56,346 nt of DNA from a virus. Its lineage: Duplodnaviria > Caudoviricetes. Positions 20,358 through 30,644 of this stretch are shown here, in pieces. Positions within the stretch are counted from its first letter, which is position 1, and each line of letters begins with the position of its first letter. A program made the translations under genes and the position numbers. The notes below the pieces were generated by a model. The model did not search any database, had not been told where the DNA came from, and saw only the letters and a list, made by a program, of their open reading frames with translations. Location of the stretch: IMG/VR virus record IMGVR_UViG_3300009163_002034, positions 1 through 56,346 of that record; one strand, written 5' to 3'.

Positions 20358-22666
20358 TTATAAACGTGATCAAACGATCTGGGGCGAAAGAACCTCTAAC
20401 ATTAGAAAAATGGCAAGCACAAGTAGCAAAAGTATGTACAGGGATAGCAGACGTTAGCCCATCGATGATAGAAATAAAATCACAATTACATTTTTACGAT
20501 GGTATCACAACTAAGCAAATTGATGAGATTACATTACGAGCTATTGTAGATTTGATTGATGTAGAGAATAATCCAGATGTTGGTCACACAAATTATCAAT
20601 ATGTAGCAGGTAAGCAACGTATAAGTATGTTACGCAAAGATGTATATGGTAGCTATTCACCTCCTAAGTTATATGATGTAGTAAAGACAAATGTAGCTAC
20701 AGGGTTGTACACACCTGAATTACTAGAATGGTATAATGAAGAAGATTGGGACAAGATGGATAGTTTCATCGACCACTCTAAGGACGAAAGTTATAGTTAT
20801 GCTGCCATTGAACAATTGATTGAAAAATATTTGGTTAAGAACCGTAGTACAAAACAAACATATGAAACTCCGCAAATCAGATATATGGTCGCGGCCGCCA
20901 CTATCTTTCATAGTGAAGAACCTAACAACGCAAGAATACGTTATATAAAGGAATACTATAATGCTGCCTCTGACGGATTATTTACTCTTGCTACTCCTGT
21001 CCTCGCTGGTCTCGGTACCCCTACTAAGCAATTCAGTTCGTGCGTACTTATTCGCAGTGATGATGACCTTGATAGTATTTTTGCTAGTGGTGAAATGATG
21101 GCTAAGTATGCTAGCAAACGTGCTGGCATTGGATTAGAAATTGGTAGACTACGTTCACTAGGTAGTCCTATTCGTGGTGGCGAGATTATGCACACTGGCA
21201 TGATTCCGTTTTTAAAGAAATGGTTTGGCGACTTACGTAGTTGCTCACAAGGAGGTATTCGTAATGCAAGTGCTACAGTATTTTATCCCATTTGGCATCA
21301 TCAGTTTGATGATCTTATTGTTCTTAAAAACAATCAAGGCACAGAAGAAACAAGAGTTAGACACATGGACTATGGAGTTGTCCTTAGTGCATTCTTTTGG
21401 CGCAGATTCAAGAATAAGGAAAACATCACCTTCTTTGATCCGAATGAGGTACCCGACTTATACGAAGCATTTTACAAGAACACAGAACTATTTGAAGAAC
21501 TGTATGTAAAATACGAAAAGCGTAAAGACTTACGCAAGAAAACAATGAATGCAGAAGATGTGTTTAAGAGTGGAATTCTTAAAGAACGTACAGACACTGG
21601 ACGTATCTATCTAGTCTTCATTGACAATGTGATGAATCAAGGCCCATTTGACCCTGAGTATCATACAATTTACCAGAGTAACTTATGCTGTGAGATTCTT
21701 CTTCCTACTAAATCTTTTAAACGTCTTGATGATAGTGACGGTCGTATCGCTTTATGTACGCTCGGATCTATTAACTGGGGTGCGTTCCGTAATCCTGAAG
21801 ACATGCGTAGGGCTTGTCGTATTCTACACCGTAGCCTCAATAATATATTGGACTATCAAGACTTTTTAAGCATACAATCTAAACTAAGCAATGACGAGAT
21901 TCGTCCATTGGGTATTGGTGTCACTAACTTAGCATACTGGCATGCAAAGCGTGGAATGAAGTATGGCGAAAAAGACTCACTAGCTGAAGTTAAATCTTGG
22001 ATGGAACATCTATCATTCTATCTTACAGAAGCAAGTGTAGAACTAGCCAAAGAACGCGGTGCTTGTTTAGGTAGTGATAAGACACGCTATGGTAAAGGTA
22101 TCTTCCCTTGGGAACTACGTGCTAAGGGCGTTAATGAACTTACAGATTTTACCCCAGAACTTCCTTGGGAAAACTTACGTGCAGAGATGAGAGCTTACGG
22201 TGTACGTAATGCTACACAAATGGCAGTAGCTCCTGTAGAATCTAGTAGTGTGGTAATTAATTCTACAAACGGTATTGAAATGCCAATGAGCTTGATTAGT
22301 GTTAAGGAAAGTAAAGCTGGAAGTTTTGTTCAAGTTGTTCCTGAGTATCATAAATTAAAGAACAAGTATCAAATGATGTGGGAACAAACTGATTGTGAAG
22401 GTTATCTAAAGACAGCAGCAGTTATTGCAGCCTATGTTGATCAATCTATTAGTACAAACACATTCTATAACCCTGCACACTTTGCTGATCGTAAAGTACC
22501 TACAACGCTAATTGCCAAAAACTTAATGCAAAGTCATGTTTGGGGGTTGAAGACATTCTACTATAGTTTGATTAACAAACAAGGTAGTAAAGAAGTAGCA
22601 GACGATGCCCCATTAGAAGTTATTGATTTTGACATGGAAGAAGATTGCGAAAGTTGCAAACTATGA
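20354..22666 (+). CDS. nrdA: Ribonucleotide reductase class Ia alpha subunit
   Basis: ATP cone VIKRSG, QFSSC, SNLCCEI, APVESSS, KTFYY, C-terminal CESCKL. Confidence 0.97.
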   Translation: MIINVIKRSGAKEPLTLEKWQAQVAKVCTGIADVSPSMIEIKSQLHFYDGITTKQIDEITLRAIVDLIDVENNPDVGHTNYQYVAGKQRISMLRKDVYGSYSPPKLYDVVKTNVATGLYTPELLEWYNEEDWDKMDSFIDHSKDESYSYAAIEQLIEKYLVKNRSTKQTYETPQIRYMVAAATIFHSEEPNNARIRYIKEYYNAASDGLFTLATPVLAGLGTPTKQFSSCVLIRSDDDLDSIFASGEMMAKYASKRAGIGLEIGRLRSLGSPIRGGEIMHTGMIPFLKKWFGDLRSCSQGGIRNASATVFYPIWHHQFDDLIVLKNNQGTEETRVRHMDYGVVLSAFFWRRFKNKENITFFDPNEVPDLYEAFYKNTELFEELYVKYEKRKDLRKKTMNAEDVFKSGILKERTDTGRIYLVFIDNVMNQGPFDPEYHTIYQSNLCCEILLPTKSFKRLDDSDGRIALCTLGSINWGAFRNPEDMRRACRILHRSLNNILDYQDFLSIQSKLSNDEIRPLGIGVTNLAYWHAKRGMKYGEKDSLAEVKSWMEHLSFYLTEASVELAKERGACLGSDKTRYGKGIFPWELRAKGVNELTDFTPELPWENLRAEMRAYGVRNATQMAVAPVESSSVVINSTNGIEMPMSLISVKESKAGSFVQVVPEYHKLKNKYQMMWEQTDCEGYLKTAAVIAAYVDQSISTNTFYNPAHFADRKVPTTLIAKNLMQSHVWGLKTFYYSLINKQGSKEVADDAPLEVIDFDMEEDCESCKL

Positions 22667-23394
22667 ACATAGGTATATACGGAGATAGTTTTGCTGAATT
22701 TGATAAAATAGCAAAACATCTTCATTGGTCTACTATAGTAGTAGAAAAATTAAATGCCAAAGTAGAAAACTTTGGGTATCCGGCAACCTCTTTATACTAT
22801 TCGTATAAAAAATTTTTAGAAAATTATACAAAGCACGATTTAATAATAGTTGCGGTAACTAATCCGGATCGGTACATCAAAATGGTTGATTGGTGTGACA
22901 CACCAGATAGAAATAATAGTTATATCAATTCATATGAACATGTTATTCGTTACAAAAACACAATTTTAAATGACCATGACCAACGAATGTTAACTCATTT
23001 AGAAGGATGGTATATAATGTCTGACTCAGATTATAATTCTAGAATGAATGAATTAATGATGAAACACATGGAATCATTGCATAAAAATATTATTTTTTAT
23101 CCGTGTTTTGTAGACTCATTTTTGCCTGAAAGATACAGTGAGAATAATTTTCCTAAGTTTTATGATTTTTTTTCTTTGGTAAAACAGCAAATAAAATTAA
23201 TTAACTATCGTGGGAAAATCGATCTTCATACAAAGGAAAACACGCACATAATGGCAGGGCATCTGTTTCCAGAAATGAATGAGTATGTCGCGGAAACAAT
23301 AGTTTCTAAGATAACAACAGGAGATTGGAAATTTCTAAATTTAGATAATGTAAAATTAAAACATCCAATAACATATTATTACAATATAGAATGA
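22663..23394 (+). CDS. SGNH/GDSL-like hypothetical protein between nrdA and nrdB
   Basis: N-terminal IYGDSF motif and late GHL; ATGA overlap with nrdA stop. Confidence 0.6.
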   Translation: MNIGIYGDSFAEFDKIAKHLHWSTIVVEKLNAKVENFGYPATSLYYSYKKFLENYTKHDLIIVAVTNPDRYIKMVDWCDTPDRNNSYINSYEHVIRYKNTILNDHDQRMLTHLEGWYIMSDSDYNSRMNELMMKHMESLHKNIIFYPCFVDSFLPERYSENNFPKFYDFFSLVKQQIKLINYRGKIDLHTKENTHIMAGHLFPEMNEYVAETIVSKITTGDWKFLNLDNVKLKHPITYYYNIE

Positions 23395-23402
23395 GAGTAA
23401 CA

Positions 23403-24503
23403 ATGAGCAAACAACAATATAACTTAAACACAAAGACAGATTACTTGAATAGAAAAATGTTTTTGGACCCAGAAGGTCCCGTAACCATTCAACGTTTTGA
23501 AGAAGTGAAGTACAACAAGCTAGTAAAAATTGAACAAACCGCACGTGGTTTCTTTTGGGTCCCGGAAGAGATATCATTAACCAAAGATGCAAATGACTTT
23601 AAAGATGCCAGCGACACTGTACGTCACATATTCACCTCTAATCTATTGCGTCAAACTGCACTAGATAGTTTGCAAGGTCGTGGTCCCAGTCAAATCTTTA
23701 CACCAGTATGTAGTATTCCCGAACTAGAAGCATTGATGTACAACTGGAGCTTCTTTGAGACTAACATTCATAGTCGCAGTTATAGTCACATTATTCGTAA
23801 CATCTATAATGTACCAAAAGATGTCTTCAACACTATTCACGATACACAAGAGATTATCAGCATGGCTAGTAGTGTTGGTAAGTATTATGATGACTTGCAT
23901 ACTATTAACTGTCGCAAAGAATTAGGTGAAGTTGTTAGTGAACATGACCATATTAAAGCAATCTGGTTAGCACTTCATGCAAGCTATGCACTAGAAGCAT
24001 TTAGATTTATGGTGTCATTTGCTACCTCATTGGCAATGGTAGAGAACAAAATCTTTATTGGTAATGGCAATATCATTGGATTAATTCTACAAGATGAACT
24101 ATTACATAAAGAGTGGACAGCTTGGATGATTAATCAAGTAATCAAAGAAGATAGTCGTTTTGCTGCCATTAAGCAAGAATGTGAAGCTGAAGTCTATCAA
24201 ATCTACATGGATGTTATTCGTGAAGAAAAAGACTGGGCTAAGTATCTGTTCAAGTACGGTCCTGTTATTGGATTGAACGCAAACATTCTAAATGACTTTG
24301 TAGACTATACAGCAGTAGGTGCATTGAAAGAAATTGGTATCAAGTATCAAAATCCAGCCCCTAAAACTACCCCTATCCCATGGTTTAATAAGCATAGTGA
24401 CACAAGCAAGAAGCAAACAGCACTACAAGAAAACGAATCAACGAATTATGTGATAGGAGTTATGTCTGACTCATTAGATTATGACGCATTACCAAATATT
24501 TAA
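23403..24503 (+). CDS. nrdB: Ribonucleotide reductase class Ia beta subunit
   Basis: FWVPEEI, ETNIHSRSY, DELLH di-iron motifs; ALQENESTNY tail. Confidence 0.97.
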   Translation: MSKQQYNLNTKTDYLNRKMFLDPEGPVTIQRFEEVKYNKLVKIEQTARGFFWVPEEISLTKDANDFKDASDTVRHIFTSNLLRQTALDSLQGRGPSQIFTPVCSIPELEALMYNWSFFETNIHSRSYSHIIRNIYNVPKDVFNTIHDTQEIISMASSVGKYYDDLHTINCRKELGEVVSEHDHIKAIWLALHASYALEAFRFMVSFATSLAMVENKIFIGNGNIIGLILQDELLHKEWTAWMINQVIKEDSRFAAIKQECEAEVYQIYMDVIREEKDWAKYLFKYGPVIGLNANILNDFVDYTAVGALKEIGIKYQNPAPKTTPIPWFNKHSDTSKKQTALQENESTNYVIGVMSDSLDYDALPNI

Positions 24504-24514
24504 AAGGAAATAAA

Positions 24515-24745
24515 ATGACAGCAATTGTATGGAGTAAGTATCATTGTCCTTATTGCGACCAAGCAAAGGCACTATTAACAAGTAAAGGTATACGATTTGA
24601 AGAACGTAAGATCGGAGACGGATATACCAAAGAAGAATTGCTAGAAGCAATCCCGTTAGCAAGAACAGTACCCCAAATAATTTTAGATGGCGTATTAATC
24701 GGTGGTTTCACTGAACTTAAACAAAAATTAACAGAAAGAATATAA
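24515..24745 (+). CDS. nrdC: Glutaredoxin
   Basis: CPYC active site, TVPQI, IGGF. Confidence 0.93.
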   Translation: MTAIVWSKYHCPYCDQAKALLTSKGIRFEERKIGDGYTKEELLEAIPLARTVPQIILDGVLIGGFTELKQKLTERI

Positions 24746-25038
24746 TGGAAATTGGAAAAGTATATACACTGAAACTGAATAGCGGTGAAGAAATGGTTAC
24801 TAAGGTAGTTGCAATTACCCGTGATAATATCATCATAGAAGAACCAGTATCTATTGCTCCCACACAACAGGGTATGCAAATGATCCCTAGCGTATTTACC
24901 GCAGATCCAAAGGGTAAATTTACACTAAATACTACTAGTATTGCTCTATATGCTGAAACTGACGATGGTGTCAAGATGAAGTATCTAGAAGCAACAACTG
25001 GTATTAAAGTACCGGATAAAAAGTTAATTTTAGGATAA
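24745..25038 (+). CDS. Conserved phage hypothetical protein (Sm-like fold suspected)
   Basis: LKLNSGEEMV..Y..ATTGI pattern; translationally coupled to glutaredoxin. Confidence 0.6.
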   Translation: MEIGKVYTLKLNSGEEMVTKVVAITRDNIIIEEPVSIAPTQQGMQMIPSVFTADPKGKFTLNTTSIALYAETDDGVKMKYLEATTGIKVPDKKLILG

Positions 25039-25041
25039 AAA

Positions 25042-25320
25042 ATGCCGCAACTATGTAGGATGGGTGACACAAATCAGATGAAGGGTGCTATATTAAATGG
25101 CGCAACCACTGTATTTGCAAACGGAAAATTAGTTGGTGTTCAAGGTAGTAAAATTAGTCCACACAACCCCAACAACGGTCCCCATGTTGCCGCTATGATT
25201 TCTGATGGTAGTCCTACTGTGTTTGCAGACGGTAAACCAGTAGCACGTGTTGGATCATTAAATAGTTGTCTTTGCGGACATTCAATGGCACAGGGTAGTC
25301 CTGATGTATATGTAGCATGA
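25042..25320 (+). CDS. PAAR-repeat spike tip protein (T4 gp5.4-like)
   Basis: GSPTVFADGKPVARVG, CGH..GSPDVYV. Confidence 0.9.
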   Translation: MPQLCRMGDTNQMKGAILNGATTVFANGKLVGVQGSKISPHNPNNGPHVAAMISDGSPTVFADGKPVARVGSLNSCLCGHSMAQGSPDVYVA

Positions 25321-28300
25321 GCGATACAGGTAAACAAAGCCCATTAGGCGTTAACGCAGTTAATTCTTATCTGATAGCCAAAGGTTTAATGATAAATCCT
25401 ATATTTGCCGGATTTACAGGATCATCATACAATTTTACTGACTACACTTTTGGTAGTATATGCCAAACTACTGCATTGAGAGTATTGACACATGCTATCC
25501 ACGCGGGATACACTTGTAATACTGATGGCGGGCCCTCGCAAACTGCATATAATAATCTTATTAGTATAGGTGCTGGCTTTGTAAACATACCAATATCTAG
25601 TATAATTGCAGGCAACGACCCAGGCACTGACTATAAATGGTTTAAAGTCACCTATACTAATAACATAACTCTGAATATTAACGGCTATGTGAGAATTTCA
25701 GGATCTAATCCTGAAGGTTATAATGGTAATTGGTTAATTGAAAGTGTTGGTTCAGACAGCCCGGGAACAAAATATTTTAGAGTTGCGGTAACAGCTAACT
25801 ATGGCACAACAACTTCACCGGGAACATTTGTAGTTGACACCCAAGTGCCGGCATTAGGTAATGCCAAATCATTGGTATATACTTGGGAAAAACCAATTGG
25901 TTGGATAGGTACAGGTACCTTTAATTTAGGTGATTACAAGGGTTGGGGTGGTTCTCTTTATAAAAATAATAGAGAGTCAAATGGTGAACCAAATGCTAAT
26001 CCAAATACTGCGAATCCGGCAACTCAGTGGGGTTTCAACCGATTACTAGCATTACAAGCTTGGATGGAGTTTAATTATAACAGTACACTTGAAAAGGGTG
26101 ATGATGTTAATCCAATTGGGTACAGAGACTTCTTACAATCATTTAATACAGCAGCCGGCTTCATTAGTTATTCAAACACTGGTATTCTTTCTGTAGATAA
26201 TTCCGCTACATTCTTAGATGGAACCTATAGTAATATGAATGACCTGATATCAGGAGACTTAACTGGTATTAGTCTAGCAACAAAAGCATTTGGTCAAGAT
26301 TTAATAACAATGGGTAAGGTATTAAATCTTGAAACAATATCTACATTTGGTTTACCTAGTAACTTACTAAAAACATTAGCTAAACATAATGCATTGACTC
26401 AAAACATTAGTTTAGCTATTATTAGTGCTGGTATTAACACTAATGAGTTAGATGCAATATTGGGGAATGCAGTACAGCCTACCATTGCACAAGAACAAAA
26501 ATTATATGCTGCCTTCTATTTAACTGTGGGGCAAAGTTTATCTGACGCATTGATTCCGTTGAATTGTAAAACATCAGGATTAACATCAATTGCTGATTTA
26601 TTGAATCCAATTAAATTATTCCCAAATAGTTATTCAACACTGACTGTCCCTGTATATAACACTACTACACAACCTACTAATAGCAAAACTTATTATCCGA
26701 TATATATTAACAATGGAATTAATCCCAACTTAACCAGCACTGGCGTATTAAATCAAATCGGTGCTCAGGTACCAATTGGCACCCCTCAAATAAGCACCAC
26801 TACACCTAGTGCTAACATTGTGATTCAACAACCTGTTGTAGGATTTGGTTCTTATCTATCATCAATTGTTCCACCTGCCCAAGCAACAGCATGTGGAGCA
26901 ATTGCCGCCTCATTTTTACAAGTTAAAAACATTGTTAATGTCCCTTTAGAAAAACTAGGGCAAGTTGTTACCAATATAGAAACTATAGTTGGCTTACCGG
27001 TTAACGGAACATATGTTCCAACTAATTTGACGTTGAGAAATCAAGGAAGACCTAAGATAGCATTGGGAAGTGGTCCACAGGGAACATATACTACTAGCGA
27101 TTTCTTTGGTTGCATGAGTGGATTACCTTATAACGGCCCACTTACTAATATTCTAGCTAGAATTAAAGAAGTTGAGACACCTAAATTATATAATATCTAT
27201 CACGAAACATATCTGGCAGCTTCATGGGAACGTGCTAAAGGATATATAAAACAAAACATATACTATGTAAATGTACAACTAAGCGGTCCTAGAATTGATG
27301 ACTGGTATTATACAATTACAATTGGGCTAGAAACACCCGGTGGGGGATATACTAGAGGTGGCGGTACAACACCTACAGTCAGCCTTTATCCAAACTATTG
27401 CGGTGCTAGCATGGCGGTAACAGTAGATTCAAATGATACACATCTTCCGGGTACTTTTGGTCAAGTGATTGTTCAATCTAAAACTTCCGGTGTGGCTTAC
27501 AAGTATGCTACTACTAGGGTAAACGAAACAAATGCTCCTACCCCACCTGTACCACCTGAGGAATGGATTCGTATTCAAGCACCACCCATTGCAATGTTAC
27601 CAATACAAGCTAATGGTTCATTTTCAACCGGCGCGGTAAACGTAGATGGCTATGCAAGAGGTAGTTTAGGAGGTGTAACTGAGGGTGTTTGGTATTGGCC
27701 AAGGGGGGGATCAGATCCTGGAATGAATCAAGTACTTCAAGGATATATTGATCAAGCTAATGCTGAGATTAATAGTATCAACACAAATAAACAAACTAGC
27801 TGCCAAAGCTTAAACAATTCATGGAATGCAATAGGTTCTCAATTAACAATTGAACAACGTGCTAGAGACTATGGATTAAAACCACCAACAGATACCGGAC
27901 CACCTACTGTAGACAAAAGCGGTACCACTATATTACCACAAAGACAAAATAATTTGTCATTATATCCTACGGTAGTTTATAACTTTGTTGATAGTTTATC
28001 ACAGTATGGCCTCAACACCGAACCGCATATGTACGCTCAGACAATAGAGAACATCACTGATTATTCAACCCCGGGTGGTCAGAGTGCTGTTGCATTGATG
28101 CGTCAACAAAGAAACCAAGAACGATTAGCATTGTTGGGTATTCCGTTAGATAATAACATAGAAGACAAATTACCATACGATCAGCAGAAAATATTAATTG
28201 CTAATGGAACATTACCTACTGCTAGATATGACCCTAATATACCTAGTGGTTCTATAACAGCCAACACAACAAATCCATTTAGTTCGACAACTGTAACCGG

Positions 28301-28820
28301 TCCAGTCTCTACTACGGTACCCGCAACACCAATACAAATTGACCCAATTGGTAATGTTATATATACAACACCAATTGGTATCTATGTTCCGATAGATAGC
28401 ACATATCTCGTAACAAATCCTTTATTTGGAGGACAAACACCACCTATTCCAATAGACACCGGTAAGGCATGGACACCATATACTCCCGGTAACGCTACTT
28501 CAAATATTGTTACTATTTCTGCTAACATAGTTGATAGTAATGTTTCTGCTAACATAGTTAACAATAACGCTATTTATAACAATACTATTATTTTTTCTAA
28601 CATAATTGACGGTAACGCAACTAGTGCAGTTCCAGCAGGAAATGCTATTTATTTTCCTGGTACACCCGGATCGTTTGCAGGCACTGTGTATGGTAACACG
28701 GTAATACCTGGATTAAACACTTGGTACACATCAAACACTTTATATCCATCAACATATACTGTTCAGCAAGCAATTGAAGAAGTTATACGCTGTAACTGCG
28801 ATTGCTGGCAATTAGCATAA
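25317..28820 (+). CDS. Large probable virion/baseplate protein, 1167 aa
   Basis: Overlaps PAAR stop; long ORF ending CNCDCW; function inferred from context only. Confidence 0.6.
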   Translation: MSDTGKQSPLGVNAVNSYLIAKGLMINPIFAGFTGSSYNFTDYTFGSICQTTALRVLTHAIHAGYTCNTDGGPSQTAYNNLISIGAGFVNIPISSIIAGNDPGTDYKWFKVTYTNNITLNINGYVRISGSNPEGYNGNWLIESVGSDSPGTKYFRVAVTANYGTTTSPGTFVVDTQVPALGNAKSLVYTWEKPIGWIGTGTFNLGDYKGWGGSLYKNNRESNGEPNANPNTANPATQWGFNRLLALQAWMEFNYNSTLEKGDDVNPIGYRDFLQSFNTAAGFISYSNTGILSVDNSATFLDGTYSNMNDLISGDLTGISLATKAFGQDLITMGKVLNLETISTFGLPSNLLKTLAKHNALTQNISLAIISAGINTNELDAILGNAVQPTIAQEQKLYAAFYLTVGQSLSDALIPLNCKTSGLTSIADLLNPIKLFPNSYSTLTVPVYNTTTQPTNSKTYYPIYINNGINPNLTSTGVLNQIGAQVPIGTPQISTTTPSANIVIQQPVVGFGSYLSSIVPPAQATACGAIAASFLQVKNIVNVPLEKLGQVVTNIETIVGLPVNGTYVPTNLTLRNQGRPKIALGSGPQGTYTTSDFFGCMSGLPYNGPLTNILARIKEVETPKLYNIYHETYLAASWERAKGYIKQNIYYVNVQLSGPRIDDWYYTITIGLETPGGGYTRGGGTTPTVSLYPNYCGASMAVTVDSNDTHLPGTFGQVIVQSKTSGVAYKYATTRVNETNAPTPPVPPEEWIRIQAPPIAMLPIQANGSFSTGAVNVDGYARGSLGGVTEGVWYWPRGGSDPGMNQVLQGYIDQANAEINSINTNKQTSCQSLNNSWNAIGSQLTIEQRARDYGLKPPTDTGPPTVDKSGTTILPQRQNNLSLYPTVVYNFVDSLSQYGLNTEPHMYAQTIENITDYSTPGGQSAVALMRQQRNQERLALLGIPLDNNIEDKLPYDQQKILIANGTLPTARYDPNIPSGSITANTTNPFSSTTVTGPVSTTVPATPIQIDPIGNVIYTTPIGIYVPIDSTYLVTNPLFGGQTPPIPIDTGKAWTPYTPGNATSNIVTISANIVDSNVSANIVNNNAIYNNTIIFSNIIDGNATSAVPAGNAIYFPGTPGSFAGTVYGNTVIPGLNTWYTSNTLYPSTYTVQQAIEEVIRCNCDCWQLA

Positions 28821-28834
28821 TCAAAGGGTCTACT

Positions 28835-29443
28835 ATGAAAGAGAAAATTAATTTTTTCAGAATTTTTGCCAGCATTACAATTGTAGTATTGGGATTTTTC
28901 TTGACCAATACAAGTGAAAGATACTTTCTATTTGACGACACTATTGAACCAATTGAAGAAGTTGTCAAAGTAGCAAAGAAAGTTGATCCAAAACAACTAG
29001 CTTGTTTAACTAAGAACATCTTTTATGAAGCAGGTGGAGAATCTATACTTGGACAAGCCGCAGTAGCAAGAGTTGTGTTAAACAGAATTACACATGGTTT
29101 TGGATCTAACCCGTGTAATGTTATCTATCAATCAACAACCATACAGCAAGAGAATGATGAAGGTGAAACAGAGAAAGTAAAATTCTGTCAGTTTAGTTGG
29201 GTGTGTGAAAATAAGGGTGAACCAAATAAAAATAGCCCAAGATATCAGCAGGCTTCCCAAATAGCATATGAAGTACTAGCATATGATGCGTATAATGATG
29301 TAGTGCCTACATCTACACTGTTCTTTCATAATCTAAGTGTTCAACCAAATTGGCCCTATCAGCAAGCAAAAAAGATTGGTAATCATATCTTTTATTCAAA
29401 AGTAAAGAAGAAAAATAATAATGACCATCAGCAAAAGCCCTGA
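28835..29443 (+). CDS. SleB-like cell wall hydrolase (Hydrolase_2)
   Basis: CLTKNIFYEAGGE, AVARVVLNR, CQFSW, IGNHIFY; N-terminal hydrophobic anchor. Confidence 0.9.
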   Translation: MKEKINFFRIFASITIVVLGFFLTNTSERYFLFDDTIEPIEEVVKVAKKVDPKQLACLTKNIFYEAGGESILGQAAVARVVLNRITHGFGSNPCNVIYQSTTIQQENDEGETEKVKFCQFSWVCENKGEPNKNSPRYQQASQIAYEVLAYDAYNDVVPTSTLFFHNLSVQPNWPYQQAKKIGNHIFYSKVKKKNNNDHQQKP

Positions 29444-29990
29444 ACGACATACATTTCAAATGAAAAATTATATCAAACGCTGTGGAGAAAAGGGTGAAGA
29501 GCCTGATGAAGATTATCTAAACCTGTATAAATCTTATCAGCAACAGGATGAAGAAAATATAGTAGATCCTAAATGGCAAAAAGATAACATGGAATACGAC
29601 TTACGTAGTACTCAATGGATTATTGATAAAGTTAAAGGTGATGATGTATATGCTCAGAACTTGTATGCCGCAATGTGTAACCGAGACTTTACTAAAAATG
29701 ACGTATGGCCTATATTAACTGAAAAACGCTGGAGTTGCAGTTGGAGACATGCCGGTGGCATTGTTGCTGATATGCTAGAAAAAGGTGACTACATTGATTG
29801 GTACTGTAGTGGTATTAGAAACAACAGTGACTTAGACAATGAAGAATTTCGTCAACTAACTAAAGAACAACAAGAATTTCGTCTTAAGCTCAAAGCATAT
29901 GTTGGTGAGGGAATGGTAACTGATGAGATACGAGAAGATTTATTGAAATTGGGGTGGATAGTATTAGATGATGATATTCTTGATAGCTAA
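29421..29990 (+). CDS. Conserved phage hypothetical protein
   Basis: 189 aa with YAQNLYAAMCN, WSCSWR, DYIDWYCSG. Confidence 0.65.
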   Translation: MTISKSPERHTFQMKNYIKRCGEKGEEPDEDYLNLYKSYQQQDEENIVDPKWQKDNMEYDLRSTQWIIDKVKGDDVYAQNLYAAMCNRDFTKNDVWPILTEKRWSCSWRHAGGIVADMLEKGDYIDWYCSGIRNNSDLDNEEFRQLTKEQQEFRLKLKAYVGEGMVTDEIREDLLKLGWIVLDDDILDS

Positions 29991-30038
29991 ATACAATAGT
30001 TAAATCTCACAAACGGGTTCACCGAGATAAATAGTTAT

Positions 30039-30644
30039 ATGAAAAATAAATATGGCTTATTAATGTATTGTTCATATTGTGGGTCTGAGTTTATAACTAA
30101 ACCTAAATTTTTAGAATTTTGTTCAACACCTTGCAAAAATCCTATAAATCGTGTGGGTAATATACCTTGGAATAAGGGTATAAAAATGACCGCTGAACAA
30201 AAATTAAAATTAAACACAGACGGACTTGTTAAAGGACATGGTTGGAACAAGGGGAAAGCTAATACAGCACAAAAAGAAAAATGGGCTGGCGCCTCAAATC
30301 CAAATTGGGAAGGTAAATTAAACAATCAACGACCCAAAAAACAAATAAATGATGAATTAGTTAAATACAAGAGAGAATGTAGTAAAGCAACACGACGGAC
30401 TCTATATAGACTTAGAAAGCAAAATTTAATGCCAGTGACTGGTAAAAAGAAAACAGATATTCAAGTAGATCATATCATACCCTTTAAACAAGGGTATGAA
30501 CTTAAAATTGATCCTATGATTATAGGACATCTATGTAATTTAAGATTTATAACAGGTGAGGAAAACAGAAAGAAATGGGATATGTTTCAATCTGAGGAAA
30601 TAGTTAATAATATATTGGAGAACTATAATGGCATATTCAGATAA
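30039..30644 (+). CDS. HNH homing endonuclease with NUMOD3-like PWNKG repeats
   Basis: CxxC..CxxxC N-terminus, PWNKG/GWNKG, QVDHIIP..NLRFITGEENRKK; overlaps the iscU start. Confidence 0.8.
   Translation: MKNKYGLLMYCSYCGSEFITKPKFLEFCSTPCKNPINRVGNIPWNKGIKMTAEQKLKLNTDGLVKGHGWNKGKANTAQKEKWAGASNPNWEGKLNNQRPKKQINDELVKYKRECSKATRRTLYRLRKQNLMPVTGKKKTDIQVDHIIPFKQGYELKIDPMIIGHLCNLRFITGEENRKKWDMFQSEEIVNNILENYNGIFR

Noticed and set aside
20354-24503. Introns or inteins in nrdA/nrdB
   Set aside because: Both ORFs are continuous and of normal length.
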